A stretch of DNA of 64,000 bases. Source: an uncultured bacterium. GTDB taxonomy: Bacteria > Patescibacteriota > Minisyncoccia > Phycocordibacterales > CAIZLB01. Below are positions 9,847-19,235 of the stretch, one piece after another; position 1 is the stretch's first letter; each line of letters starts with the position of its first letter. A program made the position numbers and the translations under genes. Under the pieces are notes generated by a model. The model had not been told where the DNA came from. It saw only the letters and a list, made by a program, of their open reading frames with translations, and made no database searches. The DNA is taken from the NCBI GenBank assembly GCA_903936565.1, contig CAIZVZ010000009.1, positions 44,840 through 108,839 on the forward strand, written 5' to 3'.

Positions 9847-11427
9847 ATGGAAATTCAAACATCAGACGCTAGACCTCCGGTTGTAGTGGTAATGGGACAC
9901 ATTGACCACGGTAAATCGACACTCCTAGACTACATTAGAAAAACTAACGTGGTCGATAAAGAAGTTGGTGGAATTACACAAAGAATGTCTTCATATGAAG
10001 TTGTTCACAAATCAACCGATGCTAATGGAAAAGATGCATCGAAGACTATTGTATTTATCGACACCCCAGGACATGAGTCCTTTAGCGCAATCAGAGCAAG
10101 AGGAGCAACTGCCGCTGATATTGCAATTCTAGTCGTATCAGCCGAAGACGGTGTTAAACCTCAAACGCTAGATGCACTGAAGGCAATCAAGGACGCAGGA
10201 CTTTCATATATCGTCGGGATTAGTAAGATAGACAAACCAAACGCAGATATCGATAGAGTTAAACTATCGTTAGCAGAGAATGAAATCTATGTTGAAGGTT
10301 ACGGAGGAAATATTCCATGGGTAGCATTCTCTGGTAAGACAGGACAAGGAGTTGATGAATTACTTGATCTAATTCTCCTAACCGCTGAAGTTGATGAAAT
10401 AAGTGGAGATCCTTTTACCGATGCAGAATGTATCGTAATTGAAGCCAACAGAGACAAGGTTAGAGGAGTTTCTGCAACACTAATCGTTAAAAACGGAACA
10501 CTCTACACAGGCTCGTTCATCGTTTCTGGTACCGCCCTCTCCCCTGTTAGAATCATGGAAAATTTTCTAGGAAAGCCTCTAAAAGAAGCTGGCCCTTCTA
10601 CTCCAGTTCGTGTTGTCGGTTGGACTGATGAGCCTGAAGTCGGTGGAGTTTGCTTTACATTTGGAAGTAAAAAATCTGCAGAAATTTATATTGAGGACGA
10701 GATGATAAAAGTTAAGGAAAGAAGTGAAGCACTTGAGAAAGTTCGTAAGTCCGACAAGATAATTGCAACAAACAAAGCTAACGCGCTGGCGTTTGAAAAT
10801 GGCGAAGAGATTATCGAGACAGTTACTATCCCAGTAATAATCAAAGCAGATACTTCAGGATCTGCTGAGGCTGTAGTTTATGAAATTAAAAACAAGATTT
10901 CAGTTCCTAATATTGAAATCAGAATTGTAGCCATGAGTATTGGCGACGTATTGGAAAATGACATCAAACTAGCATCTGGAAAAGAAGGAACCGTTGTTCT
11001 GGGATTTAATACAAAGGTTGATAATAGCGCTAAGAGTATGGCTGAAAGGAATGGTATTCACATAATGACTTTTGACATCATTTACAAAATGACAGAGTGG
11101 CTACAAGCTTTTGCTGAAGAGAATCGACCAAGAACTCAAATTGAGGAATCAAAGGGAATGATTAAAGTTCTTAAAATATTTAGCGTTAATAAAGATAAGC
11201 AAGTTCTTGGAGGAAGAGTTGAGGTTGGCTCAATTTCCTTTAATGATGAAGTGAAGATTTTAAGACGCGACATTGAAATTGGAAGAGGTCGAGTTCGTGA
11301 ACTACAACACCACAAAGAGAAAACAAGCACAGTCGATGAAGGCTTAGAATTTGGTTCAATGATCGAATCAAAAGTTGAGATTACAGCTGGAGATAAATTA
11401 GAGTCAATACAGAAGGTTATTAAATAG
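9847..11427 (+). CDS. infB: translation initiation factor IF-2 (short form)
   Basis: G-domain motifs VVVVMGHIDHGKSTLLD and DTPGHE. C-terminal beta-barrel domains. rbfA lies immediately downstream. Confidence 0.9.
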   Translation: MEIQTSDARPPVVVVMGHIDHGKSTLLDYIRKTNVVDKEVGGITQRMSSYEVVHKSTDANGKDASKTIVFIDTPGHESFSAIRARGATAADIAILVVSAEDGVKPQTLDALKAIKDAGLSYIVGISKIDKPNADIDRVKLSLAENEIYVEGYGGNIPWVAFSGKTGQGVDELLDLILLTAEVDEISGDPFTDAECIVIEANRDKVRGVSATLIVKNGTLYTGSFIVSGTALSPVRIMENFLGKPLKEAGPSTPVRVVGWTDEPEVGGVCFTFGSKKSAEIYIEDEMIKVKERSEALEKVRKSDKIIATNKANALAFENGEEIIETVTIPVIIKADTSGSAEAVVYEIKNKISVPNIEIRIVAMSIGDVLENDIKLASGKEGTVVLGFNTKVDNSAKSMAERNGIHIMTFDIIYKMTEWLQAFAEENRPRTQIEESKGMIKVLKIFSVNKDKQVLGGRVEVGSISFNDEVKILRRDIEIGRGRVRELQHHKEKTSTVDEGLEFGSMIESKVEITAGDKLESIQKVIK

Positions 11428-11434
11428 AATATAA

Positions 11435-11773
11435 ATGAAATCAAAAGCAATAATCAAACCTCATAGAGACGAACGAACAATACACATCATCAAGGAGTTG
11501 GCGATGGATTTTATGTCGCGTGAAGCTAACAGGACATCGTTGGTGACTGTTACTAATGTAATCCTTGGTGATAGAGCAAAGAAGGCCACAATCCTTCTCA
11601 GCGTCCTTCCTGAGGATAAGGCACCGGTTGTTGAAGAATTTGCAAATAGAAAGTGCAATGAATTCAGAAGTTATGTTAAAAGTCACTCAAAGCTGGGTAT
11701 AATCCCCTTCTTTGATTTCAAAATAGATTTGGGTGAAATCAATAGACAGAACATAGACAGAATGTTAAAATAG
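11435..11773 (+). CDS. rbfA: ribosome-binding factor A
   Basis: 112 aa. Sits in the conserved infB-rbfA position. KH-like pattern (RTSLVTVTNVIL..D...A). Confidence 0.7.
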   Translation: MKSKAIIKPHRDERTIHIIKELAMDFMSREANRTSLVTVTNVILGDRAKKATILLSVLPEDKAPVVEEFANRKCNEFRSYVKSHSKLGIIPFFDFKIDLGEINRQNIDRMLK

Positions 11774-11813
11774 CAAAAGTCAGTTACGGGCAGAGCAAGA
11801 AATGAGGCCCTTT

Positions 11814-11886
11814 GGCGTAGTGGCGAAGTGGTTAACGCGGCGATCTGCAAAATCGTTATACGCCGGTTCGATCCCGGCCTACGCCT
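11814..11886 (+). tRNA. tRNA-Cys (GCA)
   Basis: Acceptor ggcgtag/ctacgcc, anticodon loop cuGCAaa, T-loop ggttcgatcc, discriminator U. Confidence 0.85.
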
Positions 11887-11897
11887 CAAACACCCAT

Positions 11898-11980
11898 GCT
11901 CGGGTGGTGGAATGGTAGACACGCGACACTTAAAATGTCGTAGGCGAAAGCCTGTGCGGGTTCGAGTCCCGCCCTGAGCA
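11898..11980 (+). tRNA. tRNA-Leu (TAA)
   Basis: Anticodon stem cgaca/tgtcg with loop cuUAAaa. Long variable arm. T-loop ggttcgagtcc. Confidence 0.85.
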
Positions 11981-12129
11981 CAGATCAGATGGTAAATAAG
12001 AATTGCAAAAGTAAGGCCAATATGAGCCTTATTTTTCGTTAAGAACTTGACACCGTCAACAAAATAGATTACAAGTAATAAGGACCGAGTACAAATTGTC
12101 GGTGCCACGAGAACAACAAGAACAGAACA

Positions 12130-12771
12130 ATGGTAAATAAAAATAACGTTAAGGTTGCTGTGTTTGCAGCATTCACCACTATAATCCCATTCAGCGGACA
12201 CGCTGAGGGTGGCGAAAAAAGCAAAAATTACAACCAAAGCGGAAATGGCGCAATGGGTAAACTCGAACAATACACCTTGTCCGTCAGGGCAACGAAGTAT
12301 CACAAGACCGAACCTAATTGTGACATCGACACAAAGCATGAGCGATCATGCACAGGTGTTAGACTCCGAGAAGGAGCGCCTGGGGTCATCGGAACTGTTG
12401 CCGTTGACCCAAATGTTATACCGTTTGGTTCATTGGTTCTAATCAACACAAAAAGCGGGAGCGTGCTTCCGTACTTATGTGTTGACAAAGGAGCGTATGT
12501 AACCAAGAAAATCGCCTCGCAAAAACTTGCAAAACAAGAAAAGCGAGGGGAGGCATGGGCTACACGCCCAGTGATTGACGTATATTCCCCCAAATCAATC
12601 ACGAGCGACTGGACAACAGTACTCGTGATTAAGGGCCCTTCCTTGAGGGGTCTGAATGATGCGGAGAGACTAAAGCGCCTGCAAGAGCGCATGTCTGTCA
12701 ATTACTGGATGTCCATGGGGCTTGAGACGCCGGCGCAACAAAGACGCCAGCTCCTAGCCTGCAATCAGTAA
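12130..12771 (+). CDS. secreted 3D-domain protein (MltA/YuiC-like cell-wall-binding domain)
   Basis: Signal peptide. C-terminal 3D-domain motifs (TASG-like CTGVRLREG, VAVDPNVIPFGS, D-rich). Confidence 0.65.
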   Translation: MVNKNNVKVAVFAAFTTIIPFSGHAEGGEKSKNYNQSGNGAMGKLEQYTLSVRATKYHKTEPNCDIDTKHERSCTGVRLREGAPGVIGTVAVDPNVIPFGSLVLINTKSGSVLPYLCVDKGAYVTKKIASQKLAKQEKRGEAWATRPVIDVYSPKSITSDWTTVLVIKGPSLRGLNDAERLKRLQERMSVNYWMSMGLETPAQQRRQLLACNQ

Positions 12772-12783
12772 CTGGTAACCCCC

Positions 12784-12820
12784 GGGGTCGAGTGCACTGC
12801 ACTCGACCCCTCTTTTTTTA
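12784..12820 (+). terminator. rho-independent terminator
   Basis: ggggtcgagtgcactgcactcgacccc followed by tctttttttt. Confidence 0.7.
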
Positions 12821-12883
12821 CACAAATAAAACACCCAAAATAGTTGTATAAAATATGTTTTTTTGATACCATTATCAGCATAT

Positions 12884-12956
12884 CCGCCCGTAGCTCAGTT
12901 GGTAGAGCAGTCGCCTCTTAAGTGAACGGTCGTAGGTTCGAATCCTACCGGGCGGA
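12884..12956 (+). tRNA. tRNA-Lys-like (CTT anticodon) with a poorly paired anticodon stem
   Basis: Good acceptor (ccgcccg/cgggcgg), D-arm (gctcagttggtagagc) and T-arm (gtaggttcgaatcctac). The anticodon loop cuCUUaa is canonical, but the flanking stem gtcgc/gtgaa forms only about 3 pairs. Confidence 0.5.
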
Positions 12957-13057
12957 CAAGAGTTTAAAACTCTATGAAGTAAGGCACAAAGCTCTAATTC
13001 ATGGGCTGTTAAATTCTTAAAATCAAGTGACCAAAAACTTGAAGAATCGTAAAACAT

Positions 13058-13142
13058 GGGCGAGTGGCGGAATTGGTATACGCGCTAGTCTTAGGAACTA
13101 GTTCCGTAAGGATTGAGGGTTCGAGTCCCTCCTCGCCCACCA
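13058..13142 (+). tRNA. tRNA-Leu (TAG)
   Basis: Acceptor gggcgag/ctcgccc, anticodon stem ctagt/actag with loop cuUAGga, long variable arm, CCA encoded. Confidence 0.85.
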
Positions 13143-13150
13143 GAAAAAAT

Positions 13151-13175
13151 ACAGACGCAAGTCTGTATTTTTTTG
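13151..13175. terminator. bidirectional terminator hairpin (acagacgcaagtctgt) flanked by A- and T-runs
   Basis: aaaaaatacagacgcaagtctgtattttttt. Confidence 0.6.
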
Positions 13176-13503
13176 TGGCTATAGAGAAATCGTTTAGAGG
13201 CACTTCCATGAGTAATGCTTTACACACTAAGTACTCAATGAGTCAGAGACAGCGCAACAATGTTAAGATTTTCACTCTGGAGGCATAGGAGGCTTTTCCA
13301 TATCTTCAGTCACAGAATCGATATTGGTATTTATTGTCTCCTCAATTCCATTTTTCACATCAGAATTTTCTACAGAATTACCACCTTGATTTATTAGTCC
13401 AGTTTTAGATTTACTATTATAAACTAGATAAAACGCTCCAATTAATATTAGTACACCTAATATAATTATGATTATCGCCTTTCTTTTTGAAGTTTTTAAC
13501 ATA

Positions 13504-14787
13504 TTATTTATCTTTTAGAACACAATCATTAGCAACCTTAATAAAATATCCCCTATTTAGTCTTAATTTATTTTCAAATGGCTTTGAAAACTTACGTGTA
13601 TCAAAGAGGTCACTAACTATACTAGTGTGAGTATATATAGTAGCCAAAAATTGCCATGGTCCCCTATCAATTTTACAATCGCCCAAAATATCACTGAAAT
13701 TTAAACGATTAAAATTAGAACCTCCGTCATATTCCTCTCTTTGACCGTAGGCGCTGATTGGCGCACCAATCAAATTCCAACCAGCCTTTAATTTAACACC
13801 ACTTGTCGTCACAGACTTCTTACCAGAAACAAGTATCTCACAATCAATGTCTGATATAGTATTTTTCTTTGTTTGTATTTTTACCCAAACTCCTTTACCA
13901 GCAGGAATCTTTCCTCCTTCTTTTAGGTTACCTAAATTTTCATAATTCTTTGAGCTATTATTCCACCCCCACATCGTAGCCTGATTACATGTGCTTTCCA
14001 GAACTGTTCCATATCCATCACCATCTTCCATGTATATTGAGAATAAGTTCCAGCCTGTTCCAAATGTGACTTTTGAACCGTCTATAATAGTTAAATCAAC
14101 AGAATCTTTACCATAATCATTGACATGAACATAAGAACCAAGAGAAGTTCCCACGCCTTTCCCAACACCAATATATTCATCAATTTTCTTTCCCTGACTA
14201 TTATAGAATGAGAAATAAGGACTACTCCATCTTTGATCAAACGAATCTAGTTTTAATTTGTAACCATTTCCCAAGGTGGTTTCATCTCCAATCTTAAGTA
14301 CAACTTTTTTACCGTTTTTATAAGTCAGAGTTTTGTTGACCTCTTCTATTTTTTTACTTTCTTTACTTGTTACCATCTTTGGCAAAGACTCGTCTATGGA
14401 GGCAATATTCACCCTCACCTTTTCATAAGCTTTTACTAATGGAGAACCGGTTGGAGAAGTTTTGCCCAAAAGCTCTAGTGATTTAATTTCCACCTTTAAT
14501 TTTGAGTCTGTTCCAAATTTCTTCCCAACCTCCGGCTTGGACACAGTATTCTGAAAAGGTGCCCCAGGATATTCTTTTCCTTTTGGATCAAATAACTTAA
14601 AATTAAATTCCTCACCAGAATAACCCCAAAAAATTCCTATAATTTCAACCTTCCAACCATTATCTAATTTAATAACGTCACCCTTCTTCACTTCATGAGT
14701 ACCATCGCCCGAAAAGTCAGAAGCGTAAGCCAAGAAAGGCATCAAAACTACAATTAACAATGTTAATAAGTATGGTAATTTTCTCAT
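13504..14787 (-). CDS. secreted hypothetical protein (427 aa, signal peptide)
   Basis: N-terminal signal peptide (LLIVVLMPFLAYASD). Gly/Lys-rich. No known domain recognised. Confidence 0.55.
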   Translation of the reverse strand: MRKLPYLLTLLIVVLMPFLAYASDFSGDGTHEVKKGDVIKLDNGWKVEIIGIFWGYSGEEFNFKLFDPKGKEYPGAPFQNTVSKPEVGKKFGTDSKLKVEIKSLELLGKTSPTGSPLVKAYEKVRVNIASIDESLPKMVTSKESKKIEEVNKTLTYKNGKKVVLKIGDETTLGNGYKLKLDSFDQRWSSPYFSFYNSQGKKIDEYIGVGKGVGTSLGSYVHVNDYGKDSVDLTIIDGSKVTFGTGWNLFSIYMEDGDGYGTVLESTCNQATMWGWNNSSKNYENLGNLKEGGKIPAGKGVWVKIQTKKNTISDIDCEILVSGKKSVTTSGVKLKAGWNLIGAPISAYGQREEYDGGSNFNRLNFSDILGDCKIDRGPWQFLATIYTHTSIVSDLFDTRKFSKPFENKLRLNRGYFIKVANDCVLKDK

Positions 14788-14946
14788 ATTTAAATGATAA
14801 CATATTTATTTTAAATAACTATCTAGGTATGCACCCGTACTGGACTTTTTACATATTTATGTTAATTTACTTAAGGCTTTGTCAGAAGAACTTAGTAAGT
14901 CTTCCCCTCTCAACCCCAATCAACACAAACCCCAGACCCAAACCGA

Positions 14947-15393
14947 ATGAAACCAGTTATCTTAGTCTTGTTTGCAACAATCTGCTACGCAATCGCCAAC
15001 TCAATTCTCGAGACGAGGTTGTCAAAGTACAACCCACTTTCATTAATGATTTGCTATTTGCCTATTGTGCTGACATGCGCAGTTCTTGCACGCGTCTTCA
15101 CCAAAGTGGAGAATCCATCCTTCGATTTCCCAACAGGGAGCGCTGTCGCTGCGGTAGTTATCCTAGGAGTAGTATACTCCGTAGCTGACTACCTATACAT
15201 CGGCTCATACGCAGTGGGTGGATCGTCAATTACAATCACAAGTGTCCTGACGACGATGCCAATATTTGTCTCTGTCATCAAACTGCTGTCAGATGGCAAA
15301 CTCCCCAACAAATGGCAAATTGGCAGTTACGTTCTAATTTGCATCGCCCTCGCATTAATGGCAAAAGGCAGCGCTGTTACAACGACAAAATAA
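14947..15393 (+). CDS. hypothetical 4-TM membrane protein (148 aa)
   Basis: Hydrophobic segments. Confidence 0.45.
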   Translation: MKPVILVLFATICYAIANSILETRLSKYNPLSLMICYLPIVLTCAVLARVFTKVENPSFDFPTGSAVAAVVILGVVYSVADYLYIGSYAVGGSSITITSVLTTMPIFVSVIKLLSDGKLPNKWQIGSYVLICIALALMAKGSAVTTTK

Positions 15394-15510
15394 CACGAGA
15401 TGCCATTCACCGACAGTCACAATCCCAACCCTACAAGGAGCCGCCCTCTTAGTGGGGCTTCTGATTTTTAATATTTTAAAATAGACCACTAATCACGTAT
15501 AATATAGATA

Positions 15511-16182
15511 ATGTCCAAGAAACCTATTCTAAAATTATTATTCATATTCATAATTGGAATAATCACTATTTTACTTATACAGAACTCGTACTTAAGTTAT
15601 AATTTTTATAACAATATTTTCAGATTATCACAAGAACAAGTTCAGGGATCCTTAATCGTGACAACGCGTCAATGTGAAAAAGTAAAGGACTGCAAACTAC
15701 AACCTGGTGACATACTAATCCGTAGATATATCACGGACAGAACAAGACTTATTGATAGACTATTTCATCCATATTTTACGCATTCAGCTTTTTATCTGGG
15801 AGACGGCCTGCTTGTAGAAGCGGTTGGCACTGAGAAAAATCGTGAAGACGACATACAAATTAGCGAATTATCCAAAAGCGATTGGTTAAACCCCGATGTG
15901 TATAATTTTGTCATCATTAGACCTAAAAACTATTCTTCCAAATTAGACATTATAAAATATAATCTATTGCAAATTGCAAACGATTCCGACTACTTTTTTG
16001 GAATACCAACTCAGGGTGAAAAAAAGGCAACATGCGCGGACCTAATTTATAATCAATTGTCAGATCAATATATTATTAACGCCTCAAATACAGCAAATGT
16101 AATAACTCCAGATTATTTGTTTTTTACACTTACTAGTGATTCAAATAATTTTGAAGTAATTGGCTTTAATATACAAAAATAG
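15511..16182 (+). CDS. membrane-anchored YiiX/YaeF-like permuted papain-fold protein (tentative)
   Basis: N-terminal TM segment. GDILIRRY...HSAFYLGDGLLVEAVG, with a later Cys (ATCADLIY) in the His-before-Cys order of the permuted NlpC/P60 fold. Confidence 0.4.
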   Translation: MSKKPILKLLFIFIIGIITILLIQNSYLSYNFYNNIFRLSQEQVQGSLIVTTRQCEKVKDCKLQPGDILIRRYITDRTRLIDRLFHPYFTHSAFYLGDGLLVEAVGTEKNREDDIQISELSKSDWLNPDVYNFVIIRPKNYSSKLDIIKYNLLQIANDSDYFFGIPTQGEKKATCADLIYNQLSDQYIINASNTANVITPDYLFFTLTSDSNNFEVIGFNIQK

Positions 16183-16203
16183 TTTTTATATTAACCAACA
16201 AAC

Positions 16204-16680
16204 CTAGAAGAAGTAACTAGAGGCAAAGTAAGCAAAGATGCCACCAAACAAAATTATTTCGGCTGCAATTACGTATATAATAAACTTTATGTTCCACTTT
16301 CTAGCATAGACACTGATAGCGTAGAAGATAGCAAAAATGATTGCCGACAAGGTAAAGGTAATACCAAGCAGGGCCGGACCTAGCTCGCAGAGCTTACCCG
16401 TACACGTATTGTAATCATATATAAAATATGGAAGTGGCAACAACAGCAAGATAGGTATTCCATATCCAAAACGGTCTTTAAGTCTACTATTTGATCGCGA
16501 AATCATAACAGGCACTGCAGACAAGACAATAGAAAAACACATCACAACAGAGAACACTGGTTGCTCTATTAATTCAAACAAATTTTCCAATCCAGTAGTA
16601 AAAATCATAGCTAAAGCTACGGCAATATTTTCGATTATCACAGCCAGCCAAATATAAAAGGGTCTTTTGTCTATTTCCAT
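16204..16680 (-). CDS. hypothetical polytopic membrane protein (158 aa)
   Basis: Four hydrophobic helices. Lies immediately downstream of the pilin-like array. Confidence 0.45.
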   Translation of the reverse strand: MEIDKRPFYIWLAVIIENIAVALAMIFTTGLENLFELIEQPVFSVVMCFSIVLSAVPVMISRSNSRLKDRFGYGIPILLLLPLPYFIYDYNTCTGKLCELGPALLGITFTLSAIIFAIFYAISVYARKWNIKFIIYVIAAEIILFGGIFAYFASSYFF

Positions 16681-16830
16681 AAATTTTGATTATTTTAATT
16701 AATATTTTATTAGTATAAGTATAACAAATACCACAAACAATATCACGCTCGAACATAGTACTCCACACAAACAAAAAACACAGAGAATGACTCTGTGTTT
16801 TTTGTTTTATACGAGGCTCCTTAGAATAAT

Positions 16831-17121
16831 CTAAAGCTTCCTAATATTCATGATGCTCCCTGTTGGTCCGCCAACACTGTTTGATATAACCGTCATTATA
16901 CCAAAAACGGTGAACATTATTGCAAATCCAATAATACTCCATAATATATGATTTCTACCTGTCTCCCTTGCTTTTGGATCGCCCGCTCCTCTTACATACT
17001 TAAAAACACCCCATAAGAAAACCACCATTGCAACCGCAAATCCCAAGACAATAAGTGGATTAATTACAAATCTGTTTATAGAGCTTATAAGTGCCTGAAG
17101 TGCAGGAGGTATATTTCCCAT
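16831..17121 (-). CDS. small two-TM VirB2/TrbC-like pilin-like protein, paralog 1 (96 aa)
   Basis: Hydrophobic helix, charged loop (GAGDPKARETGRNH), second hydrophobic helix. Shares the FLWGVFK motif with neighbours. Confidence 0.55.
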   Translation of the reverse strand: MGNIPPALQALISSINRFVINPLIVLGFAVAMVVFLWGVFKYVRGAGDPKARETGRNHILWSIIGFAIMFTVFGIMTVISNSVGGPTGSIMNIRKL

Positions 17122-17178
17122 AATTATTTTATATTATTTATTAGATAAAATTACTCAATGTGAGCAATATACCGATAA

Positions 17179-17502
17179 TTATCTTAATTGAATTGAACCA
17201 TTCGCTGATGGTACGCCAGGAGCTTGAGGAACGTTTTGATTCAAACTGAATGTACTTGTTAGAAGATTTACCAATCCCCAAACTGATACCATCACAGCAA
17301 GACCAATAATACCCCAAATGATGTATCCTCTAGCCTCTGCTCTAGCTTCAGAATCCTTTGAGGAGAAAACTAGTTTAAAGATACCCCACAAGAAAAACAG
17401 AACCGTAAGACTTATAACGTAAGGAATAAGCCTTGTCGTGAAATCACTCACTTGCGCGAGTAACGCATAAAGGCCGCTAATTCCAGGTTGTGCAGTGTTC
17501 AT
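17179..17502 (-). CDS. VirB2/TrbC-like pilin-like protein, paralog 2 (107 aa)
   Basis: FLWGIFKLVFSSKDSEARAEARGYIIWGIIGLAVMVSVWGLVNLL. Same architecture as paralog 1. Confidence 0.55.
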   Translation of the reverse strand: MNTAQPGISGLYALLAQVSDFTTRLIPYVISLTVLFFLWGIFKLVFSSKDSEARAEARGYIIWGIIGLAVMVSVWGLVNLLTSTFSLNQNVPQAPGVPSANGSIQLR

Positions 17503-17624
17503 AATTAAATTATTTTTATTAAATGATAAGCTTATCTTTTATATAAGTAACTGAATGTCACTTATTACTATTATACATCACTATTTGAAAGTTACATACA
17601 TAGTCAACAAAAAAGCTGTGGATT

Positions 17625-17927
17625 CTAAAAAAGTCTAGGAGATGGAAAACCGGGGACCATTGCACCTGTTACACCAAAACCAAAAAAGGATATCAACAAA
17701 TTGACCAATCCCCATATCGATACCATAACAAACAATGCAACAACTCCCCATACAATATAGCCTTTAGCTTGTGCCCTTTCCTTAGAATCCCTATTAGAAA
17801 AGACTAATTTAAAAATTCCCCAAAGGAAAACCAGTACAGTCAGTATTAATATGAATGCGATAAACTTGTTAATAAAACCTATCAAAAATGGTACCAACCC
17901 CCTTGCTCCGTTCGAAGTATTTAGCAT
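17625..17927 (-). CDS. VirB2/TrbC-like pilin-like protein, paralog 3 (100 aa)
   Basis: FLWGIFKLVFSNRDSKERAQAKGYIVWGVVALFVMVSIWGLVNLL. Confidence 0.55.
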   Translation of the reverse strand: MLNTSNGARGLVPFLIGFINKFIAFILILTVLVFLWGIFKLVFSNRDSKERAQAKGYIVWGVVALFVMVSIWGLVNLLISFFGFGVTGAMVPGFPSPRLF

Positions 17928-17952
17928 GTTAGTTAATTAGTATCAATATTTA

Positions 17953-18267
17953 TTAATTAAGCTGAGGAATCAACAATCCTCCTGAGAAGAAGGTTGTTGT
18001 CAAAAGGTATACTAAGCTCCAAACAGAAATCATTACAGCGAGCCCGACAATTCCATAGGTAATAAAGGCGATTCCCTCTTGTCTTTTTTTAGGATCAGCC
18101 CCTGATGTTACAGTTTTAAAAACGCCCCATAAAAAAACCAGCAGTGCTAATGAAATAATAAAGGGTACAATATAGCCCCTAATTATATCTATTAAACTAG
18201 CAACAAGACTTCTGAAATCGTATACACCATTCACTTGTGCCATTAAAGAATTTTTATTTAAATCCAT
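17953..18267 (-). CDS. VirB2/TrbC-like pilin-like protein, paralog 4 (104 aa)
   Basis: FLWGVFKTVTSGADPKKRQEGIAFITYGIVGLAVMISVWSLVYLL. Confidence 0.55.
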   Translation of the reverse strand: MDLNKNSLMAQVNGVYDFRSLVASLIDIIRGYIVPFIISLALLVFLWGVFKTVTSGADPKKRQEGIAFITYGIVGLAVMISVWSLVYLLTTTFFSGGLLIPQLN

Positions 18268-18322
18268 TTTTATAAGTTAAGCTAATAATTTATTCTACCA
18301 TAGTCCAAATTTAGACTCCATA

Positions 18323-18727
18323 CTATTGCCCACTACCAACCTGCATAATTGTGGTTCTAACAACAATAGAAATTGCTTGTGCGCCAAAAATTATGGCGAC
18401 ACCAATAACAACATATAGAAGCATGGTTCTTGCCTTCGTAATCTTTGCAGGGTCCCCAGCCGCCAAGACAAACTTCAGACCAGCAAGGATGATGTATACA
18501 ACAGATAGGACACCAGCAATGATCTGAACTGTAGTAATTATAATGCTCAAAACTTGATCAAGGGTTGTCGTGCTACCTAGGGGGTTAGTAATTCTTCCAC
18601 TGGTATCATTGGTTGTATCTGCATATACCATGTTGGCATGTGGTGTGGTCACAAAACTTAGACCGAATACCGACACTAGCATCATGGCTCCCATAACTGT
18701 GTGTAAAATTAATTTATTTTTTTTCAT
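18323..18727 (-). CDS. VirB2/TrbC-like pilin-like protein with signal peptide, paralog 5 (134 aa)
   Basis: Signal peptide, then VYIILAGLKFVLAAGDPAKITKARTMLLYVVIGVAIIFGA. This is the classic VirB2 layout (signal peptide, helix, charged loop, helix). Confidence 0.55.
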   Translation of the reverse strand: MKKNKLILHTVMGAMMLVSVFGLSFVTTPHANMVYADTTNDTSGRITNPLGSTTTLDQVLSIIITTVQIIAGVLSVVYIILAGLKFVLAAGDPAKITKARTMLLYVVIGVAIIFGAQAISIVVRTTIMQVGSGQ

Positions 18728-18747
18728 TTTATTGACTTATTAACCTA

Positions 18748-19176
18748 TCATATTATGCTATCGTAAAAAAACGGATCAACACCCAAACTCTTTAGTATAA
18801 AGTATACAATAATCCAACCACAAAGTGTATATGCCAAACCCCACATCATCTTGGTGAGCATATCTCTTGCCTTCTTAACCTTGCCCACGTCCCCTCCTGA
18901 AGTCAAATACATAAACCCTGTGTAAAGAAGAACCAAAACTAACAATATCGCAATCAGTTGAACACCATAATGCACAATAGCGTTTATCAAGTTTATCAAA
19001 TCAACCCAACCGCATGATGCTCCGGCTAATGTACAGCCACTTAGGATATTGGACACTGGATTAACTGTATCTGCACCTGCGTATATCGGACTAAATACTG
19101 CAATAAGGGCAATCACAGCCACAAGCTTCATAGTTGGTATAAACGAGAACATTTTATAAAATTTAATTTTTATCAT
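18748..19176 (-). CDS. VirB2/TrbC-like pilin-like protein with signal peptide, paralog 6 (142 aa)
   Basis: Signal peptide, then VLLYTGFMYLTSGGDVGKVKKARDMLTKMMWGLAYTLCGWIIV. Confidence 0.5.
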   Translation of the reverse strand: MIKIKFYKMFSFIPTMKLVAVIALIAVFSPIYAGADTVNPVSNILSGCTLAGASCGWVDLINLINAIVHYGVQLIAILLVLVLLYTGFMYLTSGGDVGKVKKARDMLTKMMWGLAYTLCGWIIVYFILKSLGVDPFFYDSII

Positions 19177-19235
19177 TTTGGTTTGTTGTATTATAACACA
19201 TTAAGTCTTCACTAAAACGGCTTAAGCCAGCTAAT

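Noticed and set aside
11683-12339. 218 aa minus-strand ORF
   Set aside because: Runs across tRNA-Cys and tRNA-Leu and into the start of the 3D-domain gene. It is a shadow ORF.
12875-13288. Three small ORFs (12875-13057 -, 13009-13227 -, 13064-13288 +)
   Set aside because: They overlap the tRNA-Lys-like and tRNA-Leu(TAG) genes and their terminators.
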